Shown here one piece after another: positions 28,301-37,800 of a stretch of DNA of 64,000 nucleotides. The position numbers and the translations under genes are program-made. The stretch is from Phoronis australis (taxonomy: Eukaryota; Animalia; Phoronida). The stretch spans positions 227,365 to 291,364 of the forward strand of contig NMRA01000344.1 in the NCBI GenBank assembly GCA_002633005.1, written 5' to 3'. Below the pieces are notes generated by a model. The model was not told the DNA's origin. It saw only the letters and a list, made by a program, of their open reading frames with translations, and did no database searches. How positions within the stretch are numbered: the stretch's first letter is position 1; each line of letters starts with the position of its first letter.

Positions 28301-29727
28301 AGAAAACTTTCGCCAATATGAAATTCCTGCTTTTGTGCATGTCTTGGTTTCTGTTATCTGCAGTTGCTTCAGCTTTGTGGCATGCATGACTTGCAGTGCT
28401 AAATACTAAGGGTAAAGGGAGGATGTCGCTTATCTTTAGAAAAACTAACAAGCTCATAGTATTTAATCTCCATCAGGTTGCAGAGAAGACATCAAATGCT
28501 GCAAAGTTGGAGACAGTCAAGAACAAGCTGTGGTCGTCGTCTTCAGACATTTCTGCCCACCATGAAGGAAGGAAGAAAGTTAGGAATAAGCTTTGGGTTG
28601 ACCCGCCTCCTGAGCAAACTGGACAAGGCAGTGTTCTCCAAACAAAAAACAAAGATCTGTCCAGCAACCTCAAAACAACTTCCTTATCAAATAACACTGA
28701 AGAGAAAAGGCCGAGGAAAGTTGGACCATCTTTTTCAGATGACGCATTCAGTGAGGGAGCTCATAAGGACAACAGCAAGCCCACCAAAGTTCGGAATAAG
28801 TTATGGGTAGACCCACCAGCTGTCTCGAACAAGGGATCGAGTGTAAGTGAAGATGATAAAGGTGAGGAAAGCATGCCTCATGATGCAAAGGAGTACTTAG
28901 AAAGGTACAAGGTGGCAGCACTGAAGCAAGCAGACAGACCGAATGCTGGTAAAGGCAGTTCAGAAAATACCAATGACCGTGTCAGCAAGAGTCATAATGG
29001 TAGTGCTGGTTCAGGGAAGGTAGAAGAGAAGACAGATGAAGCCAGTAGTAAACAAGGACAGGGGAAGAAAAAGACAATCATACGAAGGGTCATCAGGAAG
29101 ATTGTGCGTAAGAGAACATCTTCCGAGTCCAAAACAGACGATCAGCCTCAGGTATCTAGCCCACTGTCTACCAGTGACAAGACGGAGCTACCTGAAGATA
29201 ATGACAACAAAGGACATGTTCAGCTAGTGTCGTTTCATCCAATTTCCATGAAGAATGATGAAATTACACCTGGAGCAGATAGCAGCAACGGTGTACAGAA
29301 ATACTCCACTGGTGAGAGCAGCCAACGTGTGGAAGAACTGGTTGGCAGTGAGCACACTCGCACTGTAGAAATGCGAAGTGATGTTAATGAAATGGCAAAT
29401 GCACCTTCAAATTCTATTGTTGAGTCGGATATAGTAGCAGACACAGAGAGCTGCACGGAAGAGCGCAATACACAGGCTGGCAGCTCTAGTAACGCTAACG
29501 AAAGTCTTGGAGAAGGTGAAGAGGAGGTAATTCTCACTGAGGCATCATTACCTCATGAAAACGTAAGTGTTACTTCAGAGGAAGTTGTTAGTGGGGCATT
29601 ACATGAAAGTGACGCTCAATTGACAAAGATGGATGTCAACGAAAATGTTACAAACCATGCGGAGAATACTGTCAGCGGACCACCAAAACCTCCCAGAAGG
29701 AAGAAGAAGAAGAAATACAAGTGGTAG
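1200..29727 (+). CDS. Multi-exon gene, 5'-partial: melanophilin/MyRIP-like Rab effector with two Ig I-set domains (~1665 aa encoded in window)
   Basis: Phase-consistent AG/GT exon chain read manually: 1200-1318, 4490-4627, 5653-5832, 7866-7949, 8823-8926, 11045-11128, 12628-12962, 13303-13491, 14285-14856, 15450-15644, 17614-17784, 18354-18497, 18915-19006, 19186-19332, 19852-20028, 20369-20815, 21477-21578, 25663-26130, 28477-29727 (TAG). Total 4999 nt = 1 + 1666 codons. The first exon encodes SDWFYKNVTKKFKQFGSAKVVRSL, matching the second half of the Slp-homology domain of melanophilin/MyRIP (SLEWFY..VK.RFKRFGSAKV). The donor at 1318 is weak and extra small exons may have been missed. Confidence 0.8.
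3954..4082. repeat. Short degenerate tandem repeat (~32-36 bp x ~4)
   Basis: atatgaccaacgaattgagcagtgtc(tc)accatc repeated. Confidence 0.7.
6440..7788. mobile_element. Non-autonomous DNA transposon with TTAA target duplication (Kolobok-like)
   Basis: TTAA|GGATATCTCAACCTTA ... TAAGGTTTGAGGTATCC|TTAA: imperfect TIRs, TTAA on both sides, GG terminus; no transposase ORF; related copy at 41080. Confidence 0.7.
8870..9382. repeat. Minisatellite, 61-bp unit x ~8.3, comprising exon 3' end + splice donor
   Basis: gtggagcacattctaacgcagcatgttgagacttatctgtcagacagcattgagctg|gtga; the first unit lies in exon 8823-8926. Confidence 0.95.
9765..10487. repeat. Minisatellite, 37-38-bp unit x ~19
   Basis: tcacaatacttctcaacctccttcccagaccatacgt variants. 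Confidence 0.95.
11453..11759. repeat. Minisatellite, 38-bp unit x 8
   Basis: atatatctacatgtactgactt(g/c)tcaataaggtctccc with g/c alternating in most units. Confidence 0.95.
11919..12482. mobile_element. PIF/Harbinger (Tourist-like) MITE
   Basis: TTA|GGGATGTTCCAGTAAAATCTGTATGGG ... CCCACACAGATTTTGCTGGAACAGCCC|TTA: ~40-bp imperfect TIR with 3-bp TTA TSD. Confidence 0.8.
14285..15644 (+). CDS. Exons 14285-14856 and 15450-15644: acidic/Ser-rich region and Ig I-set domain 1
   Basis: IKFHTKPRTLTVGEGQSATFTAEI...VFWYRD...YSLEIYDCNVKDFGQYMCIAASENG..LKV: I-set pattern with core Trp and D-x-G-x-Y-x-C; phase-1 intron joins the exons in frame. Confidence 0.85.
17614..18497 (+). CDS. Exons 17614-17784 and 18354-18497: Ig I-set domain 2
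   Basis: PPEFIKGLSDLERLEGQSAKLRVKVKGVPHPRVLWYKDG...YALTLDYLTLDHDAEYSVVANNRAGRAKSTAQLLVE: titin/palladin-type intracellular I-set domain. Canonical splice sites; missed by the ORF track. Confidence 0.9.
21883..21918 (+). CDS. Candidate alternative terminal exon (VRSGARHLFRY*) of the MyRIP-like gene
   Basis: Strong acceptor tttctcttacag at 21871-21882; phase 0 matches the donor at 21578; short ORF ends TGA at 21916-21918. Confidence 0.4.
   Translation: MRSGARHLFRY
23430..23660 (+). mobile_element. Decayed SINE-like dispersed repeat; related 3' tails at ~2090-2185 (-), ~34270-34350 (-), ~52670-52765 (+)
   Basis: Shared tail aaaatggtt.c.ggt...tgggccc/tgagcct...catctg.tacaa.gtgtaccag.cc.cc.gcaattatt; degenerate A-box-like tggcttagt at the 5' end of this copy. 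Confidence 0.45.
27955..28105. repeat. Tandem repeat, ~57-bp unit x ~2.6
   Basis: gagtagcaccaaaacactgcccagtcaccactgagtgtccccttctaatccttt repeated. Confidence 0.85.
28477..29727 (+). CDS. Large terminal coding exon of the MyRIP-like gene (low complexity, repeated KVRNKLW motif, polybasic C-terminus)
   Basis: 443-aa ORF 28396-29727; acceptor catcag at 28471-28476 with upstream CTAAC branch-point motif; in phase with the donor at 26130. Confidence 0.8.
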   Translation, partial: VAEKTSNAAKLETVKNKLWSSSSDISAHHEGRKKVRNKLWVDPPPEQTGQGSVLQTKNKDLSSNLKTTSLSNNTEEKRPRKVGPSFSDDAFSEGAHKDNSKPTKVRNKLWVDPPAVSNKGSSVSEDDKGEESMPHDAKEYLERYKVAALKQADRPNAGKGSSENTNDRVSKSHNGSAGSGKVEEKTDEASSKQGQGKKKTIIRRVIRKIVRKRTSSESKTDDQPQVSSPLSTSDKTELPEDNDNKGHVQLVSFHPISMKNDEITPGADSSNGVQKYSTGESSQRVEELVGSEHTRTVEMRSDVNEMANAPSNSIVESDIVADTESCTEERNTQAGSSSNANESLGEGEEEVILTEASLPHENVSVTSEEVVSGALHESDAQLTKMDVNENVTNHAENTVSGPPKPPRRKKKKKYKW

Positions 29728-31242
29728 AGTGTGTTGAAGGAAAGTGTTGGATCAGACAGCAGCAGATGCAGGTGTATACATGGAAAATTCGGGTCATTCC
29801 TATTGAAGTATAGGAGAAATCTCAGAGAAAGTAGATGGCAGTGCGGTATCGCAACTCAATGGAAATTTAAGCATTGATACTGCTGGGGCGATGTGAAACT
29901 AAAATAGCCGATCAATTCTGAATTGGTTACCATGGAAGGACTTTTAGCTAGAATACCTTTCTGTTTGTTTATAATAGGGGTAACAAAGACGAAGTCCCTA
30001 TTGAGATTATTTTAATTATTGACTCTGTGCAATATTTTATATTCAGTATTCTTACGTTTGTCAGTGAAGTTGATCTGTTGTCCTGCTTCAACAGAATATG
30101 TAACTTTCATACCCCAACGGTCTCATTTCTTTTGGCTAAAAATCAAGTCCACAGATGGCTTAACCTGTTCCACGAAGCCAAAAGACAGATATCTGTGACC
30201 TGCTTAGGGGCAGACAAAAGCCAAAGTCAATTGCTGACGTATGACTTCAGGATGTGATATGTAGGCACAAGACACATGTTTTGCTTGTAATCAATGGCAA
30301 TGTCTCCCAATGGCTTAACGATCTAGCTTTTTAGCTAGTGTCCCATGTCTATGGAATGTAGTCGAAGGTGTTTTAGCACACCAGATATCAAAAATAGAAG
30401 AAGACTAAGGCATAGGAGATCTGATACTGTACAACTATTGTAAGGGTTGCTGTACATATTTATTACTTAATATACGCGTGTTCATCACTGACCTAATCAT
30501 TTCTTACTTTTGACGAGTTTGAGAAAATGACATCTTGTGTCTTCCTGGAAAAAATTATTAATGCTAAAGTTGCCGTAGTTACTGTCCAAATACGTACATG
30601 TATTGTGAAATGCAGCAGTGCTAGTTTGTGACCAGTAGTATTAATACCAGTCTATAAAATTGCAATTGTAATATTTTGATACACAGTTAGCACAGCTATA
30701 AACGCGTGTCCCATCAAAGAAAAGGACTTTTTAGTTAGACTACCTGCTGTAATAAAACTGGTCTAAACTTGCTCCGTAATTAAATAAACAGTGGTTCTGG
30801 GCTTGGTTGAAAAGCTGACAGTTCATTGATGCTGAAGACAAGAAAACTTGTAGGTACCAATCTAAAGCAATGAGCTGTCCCCTGCAATATGAGTAAGCAA
30901 CCACTTGAAAACAGTTTGAACAAGGCAAGTGGTCCAGTTCAGAAGGTGGTTTGTAGTTCCTTCAGTTTTTTGTAGAATAACTGTCACCGCTTAGTTGTAA
31001 TTTGACATGTTTAGCACTCTGCAGTAATTAACCATGGCTTTAGTTTGTAGCTGCTTGGTCCTACAGCCACTCTCTGCAAACCATGTACTGTTACTTTGAA
31101 TGACGAGCCTATTTTTCTTTTAAAACGGGTCTCTTAGATCTGTAGACATTTGCACACCAAACAAACCTTAGCTAACTTTTGGTTGTTGGTTGCACTAGTA
31201 CGCTAAATATTTACATATACTCCCTAGATTTCGTGAATTGTG

Positions 31243-31319
31243 AATAAAGTGTCTGTTCTTGGCATTATATTACCTTGTAAAAGCATTGTCTTAACCATTT
31301 ATTGAAAAGATAAAATAAA
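31243..31319. terminator. Cluster of convergent polyadenylation signals (MyRIP-like gene + / COPS8 -)
   Basis: AATAAA on + at 31243-31248 and 31314-31319; TTTATT (AATAAA on -) at 31298-31303; located between the two stop codons. Confidence 0.5.
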
Positions 31320-31837
31320 CACAATGTAAACGTAATGCCGACTTTTCACAACAAATTATTGAGAGCCCATTTTAGGTAGCATCATGAAACTTGAAGTAAA
31401 AACGTCTACGTTTTTATACACATCATGCATCACAAGATACAAAGCTGCAAGGTGTGCTCATTATTTCAACATTAACACCAGAGGTAAGGCAATTTGTTCA
31501 AGAGTAACTTGCCGCAACATAAGTCGTGGTGTGGACGCAAACATGCAGACAAGGCAAAATTGCCAGCTATGCGCTTGCTCAGTTCCACACATGGGGGTGT
31601 CTAGTCACTACTGCGTCATATTTGTCACATGATGTAGGGTCTGTTGTGTGGAGGATCGGATGAACAGCGGCAAGTTGCTCGACCGCAACTTGTTCCAAGT
31701 GAAACTCGTAGTGTGAACGCCCCTTGAGTTAGCACTTCACCGAGAACTGTTAAAAGTGTCCCGCCAGCTGATGACACTTGACTCAAACTGCCTATAAAGT
31801 CAATGTGTTTCTTTAACGTTGACAACAAAAGTCATTT

Positions 31838-34800
31838 TCATTTCTCCAGAAATGAAACAAACTCTGTAAGTCTTGCTAACTGATCTTCACTCACTATAAC
31901 AGGCTCTTTTTCAGTAACTGAAACAAACAAGAAAATCAACATCAATTAGTGTAAGTCAGACATAAAAATGTCTTCAACGTTAAAAATTATCCAACTTTAC
32001 ACAAGTTGCACCTTAAGGTATTTGTCAAGAAGAGTGCTTCAATTATTTTGACATAAGACCATATAATCTGAACACTGAGGACATTTCAAGTAAATAACCT
32101 CTGAAATGCCGTGTAGTCATTGACCTTTGACCTTAATGCCATGTGTACCCCTATTTCACATACTAAATAAGAGCAATACAAAACTCTAAAATACACAAAC
32201 TGCACCGCAAACGTAATGCTTCAAGGGGTTTTATCTTATAAAATTCATCGTTTGCACAAACTCCGTCACCCCTGCTCCACTACAGACCTTCGTTGCGCCT
32301 GTTTCGACACCTCCTTGGTCCTATGTATTGCACCGGCCCCCTATTTGGATTCGAGGTGTCCTATCTTTTCTCGCGGGCCGTTTTTCGTGGACGTGGAGGA
32401 AGGGTGGCCAGTTTCGTACTGGTCTTGGTGACGTCGGGTCGGTTGGCTCAACGGCCTGGGTGACGTCACTTCGTCGGCTTAATTTCACTCCCTGCGGCTT
32501 CTCTCGCGTACATAATTCATGGGGCCTGTCGTCGCCAAAATGAATGAAGCCTCAAAAAATTACTCTTCATTGAGTAAACTAAATTGTTTACCTTGGTGTT
32601 CTTCAGTTATTCTGCTGCTAAAATTGCCATACGTTCTTTAGACGTCATTGCGTCACTTGTTGGCCAATTTCCATGTTCTTCAATCGACTGTGAGTTTGCG
32701 TACATGTCATAATCGGAAGTGGTTTCATTTCATTACAAGTTTTTACTATTTAATACCAGAAAACCCAATTTCAGAACAAACTCTCGAGAGATATCTCAAA
32801 ATTTTAGGAAATGGCGCATACGTGCTCATGTCACGAGTATGCACTGTTTTCAAAACGATAACCGTGACAAATGTTCCTTAGTTACAAGGCGGAGAATTAC
32901 GAAAAATAACGTTAGATTTTTTTACTTCTATGAACGGCTGTAACGGGCAAGATGAATGTCGGTTCATTCCCAGATTTTGCATGCATCCCTGCAGGTTGTT
33001 AGCTCTAATTTTCACGACGAAGTGACAAGCCGAGCACCCGGGTTGTGTGAAATTTCGGTGTTTACCGTAACAGTTCTATACATGGCTACCAAGCTGCAGT
33101 GTGTTTTGACGATAGTCTTCATACAGCTAGCTGGCTTTCTACCTCAGTATGTACATTTATGATGCAATTTTTGTAACAATACATCTATATACTTTGTGTA
33201 CTATATAATATTTTAATACATTCTTAGTTTCCACTTTAAAACAATATCTGATTACCGTACTTTTTGTAAAGCAGGGTAAATGTTCTGGAAAGAAATTTGT
33301 ACTGCCTGGGGAAAGAATCCCACAGTCGCACACCTTGCCTACTAAAATCTGACAATGACAGAAATTCTGCTTGAAGCTTTGAACACGGTCTCTTCAAGAA
33401 GTATTCCTGTCTGTTGCGATGAACATTCGGTTCACTCTTAGGTGTAGCTATTTACCCTCGGTGTTTCCCAATAGCTTCGAAAGCACGGGTAATGGCTAGT
33501 ATATAAAATAAATGGCGTTCTTAGACGTGGAAAATAAATCTGTCTGAAACACGGCACACGCTACAGTCTCCTTGCTAGGAATTTATTTGCTAAATTTTTG
33601 AACATCTATCGTAGGACCTTGTGAGAAGTTGACTCATACTCAAAGAAAACCTAAACTGCCATTAGTAGATAGTAATCGGACTCCTCCCAAAACCAAAGTT
33701 TGACATATTCTCCTCAATTGGAACACATGTCACAAACTTTATGACAATTTATCACGGAAATTAGGGGTGTCACAAGTAGTCAGAACACTAGAGTGAGTCG
33801 TGATCAGGGGCCCGTTCCAACAAAACTGACTTAGCTAAGACAATTCCTAAATTTTACTAAATTTTAAAATAAAACTTCATTTTGTCTCAAAATCATTTCA
33901 AGAAAGAGATGTTATGCTTGATTTAAGTGTTTACCAGATATGGAAGCTTCAAAGTTTGGAAGTTAAGACAAATCTTAGACTTAAGTCAATAATGAACTTA
34001 AGTCAGTTTCTTGGAACGGGCCCATGTTCAATAGGAGCACATTTCATAATGATCCTTCAACCGTTCTGACAGATAGAAAAATCTACTCCAAAAATAAACA
34101 CAAAAATGACCAGTAATGGGTGCAAAATAGGATGAATCCATCTGAAATTTTGAAACTACTCTCATTTCCATACTAGAAAATTATTTGCCAAATTTCATGA
34201 AATCCATCAACTTGGTAGATATTAAGGTACACACAAGGAGAACCTAATTAACACTAAAAAAAACAAAAAACAGTGCAGGTGGCCTGATATCATTTGCGGT
34301 GCATCAGACGTGCGCAGGCCTCTTGGTTGGGCCCACTGCACAAAACACCTGAGCAAAGGCACGAGACCCCAATTATGGCTCCTCTAACACTAAGGGGCAC
34401 CACAGTAGTTTGACCAGTCTAAAAAACAAGGTCAGCTGCGCTCGTCTCAATAGGCACAAATCTGTGAAATCTAAATAAAATTCTTCAAGAAGTTTGGCGG
34501 ATAAAGAGGCAGATGCCACAAAACAGACACAAACATAGTAAAATGGCCACTACATAGAATCCGCCTGAAAATGGGAATGTGCTGTCGCCTCCATAACAGA
34601 GGTCAATTTGAAAAAATTCCAGGAAAATCCATCTACTCGCTCTGCAGATTTAGAGGCTAAATCAAAAAATGAAATTGCTACTAGGGGACACACCGAAGCT
34701 GTTCCATCCATGATAGGGCTTGTCTGCAAAATTTCATGAACAACTAACAGGAATTGCGGACGCAGGACGGACAGTAAAAAATGAGGCCTAAGGGCCAGCA

Positions 34801-37800
34801 AAGACAGACATCTATGAGCTGGGCTGTCTACCTCAAGAGCACCATAACTGAGCAAACAGCTCACAACTAGGTGTGAAAAATTCAACAGTTGACTCAAATT
34901 GCCACAAGTCCATTCAATTGTTCTGAACTTGACATGAGCTGTCAGCTCAGCTGTGGTTCATTTGAGGCAAACACCTCAGCTTGTAGTTATCCGTGTGCCA
35001 TAGTCTTTGGACAAATGGGTATGGATACAGGTCATCATATCACCAAAAAAATGGAACTTGTTGCTATGGCGACAAGAGGAGGTCATTTCGTAATGCAACA
35101 CAAACACCAGTGAAAAATCTTAGGACAGTGTGCCCCAATTGTAATACAAGATGACGTCTCCCAAGACTTGTGTGACCTGACAAAACATAGAAGAAACAAG
35201 CACACTAGTCTAACTCTAAAACGTGTGTGCAAAACATCTAGAAACTTTTAAAATAAACTGAATAATTGGTTTGTCACGATAAGCGTTTGTCAAAGTTACA
35301 CTTAGTAATCTCGTCTCACCTGGTTTTACAGGTAATATCATTTTTGACTGTGTATCCACCTTCCAACCTTTTGATAGAGCAGCTGTAATGACAATAAACA
35401 CTATAGGAAAGCACACACATACTGCAAACATTGCCAACATTCAGCTAAATACCAAAATAACACGGCCATGTTCTGAGACACATTCAATGCCAATATTACG
35501 TAGCTTTGGAAATCCAGTTTCTTAAAAGGTCTCATCCATTAAATTACAACACCCCAAATTTGCTTATCCATTACAAACAGTTGAAAATATGTAGATTTAG
35601 ATATACCTAGCCAACATCTTATTAATTTTTATTACAGCAGGTCTAGTGATCGACACACATGTAACTCACTCTTAGGCCAGACTATCCATCCCCCTTATTT
35701 CATTTGTTAAAATTCATTGTTGACTTAATTCCCACTTTCTCAACTCATTTCTACTGGAAGGTGTGGAACATTTGAAATGCTTATCATCAATGGACTTGTT
35801 TCATACAAACTGAACCTTCTCTTATAACATTCCATACATCAAGTCCTAATCCAACAGCACAAACTTATTTGGTTACAGTGAACTTTGAGTACAGCATACA
35901 ATATAGAAGGAACAGGGGATTCCCTGTATTAAAAGGAGTTTGGCTATTATTCAAGAAACTGCACATAGAGGAGCTGTTTTGGACCTGTTAAAGGGGCGAT
36001 GGTGAGAAAATGTTTCCTGAGATCAACCCCAGCACCGAATCCACCCTGGAATCCCAACAGTCACACCCTAATGCTCTTCTGTCAGAGTTAACACCCCCCT
36101 CGATAAATGGACGAATTTAAAGCATATTTAATAGGTAAAGTCACCGGCCATGACTTCAACTCGAGCCCACACAAATGTCAGTAAATAAACAAACCTTGAA
36201 CAGCCTCTTCCTCAGGTGAACCCAGAAACTTTGAAAAGTCAGCAGTAGATATTGATGAATAAGCTTGACCCACTAAATTAAATGCCCTCTGACGGGTGAC
36301 ATCTGAAAGCATTACAGCACATTACAAATGAAAGGTAGTAGTTCAGAAGTTGACAATTTTTGCACGCCTCTAATTAATTTATTGATAAAAATCATAATAT
36401 CCACAGGTTGTCAAGTAAGTTTTTTAGCACACTAAACAATGTGTAATACTTCCAGTCTGCATCTAAGAAAGAAAAGGCTTTTGATAGCTCTGCGATGAAA
36501 ACACACAATTCCGCAAATTCCTGAGCAGTCACCAGGTATTTCTTGAATGCATCGAGTGAAACTATTAGATTTTAACTACACAGTTTATTCCTACCAACTG
36601 TTGCAGCTGTGATGGGCTTGACAGCATCACTCCACTCCTTGTCCAAACACTCATATATCCCCGGGTAGTCTCTCTGCCACAACTTCTGGCCCACAGTCCA
36701 TAACTGGGCAAGTTCAGCATTTGCCTGAAAAGAGCAAAAACAGTCAAGTATAACAGCATACGCTCTGTCAGAACATTGCAATACATAAGAGACGTGCTGT
36801 GAACTGTGCAAGGAGAGCACGTCATGGGTTGTCTTTTTGACATGAACCCACCAGGAAAATTTTCTAGCACCCATGAACATGGACTTAGAACACAGTTACG
36901 TTGAGACAAAAAGCTCCGCAGAACTCACGACTATAACTGTTTTCTAGCCCTTCACAACTGTCACTTAACACGCTGGTCTTTCACAGAGTCTTGGTCAATG
37001 TCAAATCTCAAGTACACATTGAATGATATTGCAACATACATGACGATTAGGGGTTCTACATTGACTAGTACATTTTTCACTGGCATCAGCTGATACTGGG
37101 AAAAGGGTCTCACCACATTACAGGTGGCACCAGGTAACTTTTTCTTAATGGTCAACTAATAATACTACATCACCACACCAATAGACCAATGGGCCCATCC
37201 TGGGTTAGCACAGCACCACTCTCTTTCCATGATATTTACCCACAAATCCACAGTGCAATGTATGTCAAACAATGGGGCTTCTTGGCATACAAAATATGAT
37301 AGTCACTATACCATAATCATTATGTAATTCATTATTCTAACAGAGAAAAAATGATACTGAGGCATTTTAACTGCAATGCTGGCACCAAGTAATTGGAGAA
37401 AAGGACAGAGAGCAGTGTTGCTAACCATTCTGGGGTACATGGCATTTTGAAAAGTAGGCAGGGTCCAATTTGGCGAGTACAAAATTTTATGCAAATCTGT
37501 CGAGGACCTTTCAAGATGCAGAGTTAAACATAAAAAATAAAATTGCCACTAGGGGGCACACCAGTAGTCAGATCCGTCTGAAAGTTTTCTCATGCTGTCC
37601 CATTCATGAAAGAAAGACGTGTGCAAAATTTTAAGAATATACGTCAAAGGGTTTAGACATAGAGCAGCAGACGCCGGATGGACAAGGATGACAGTATACT
37701 ACCGTAATCGTTCGGGTTAACGCCCATGCTCAGTTAACCGCCCATCCCCGACTTTAAGTGGATTTTCGATTTAACCACCCACTGCTCAGTTAACCGCCCT

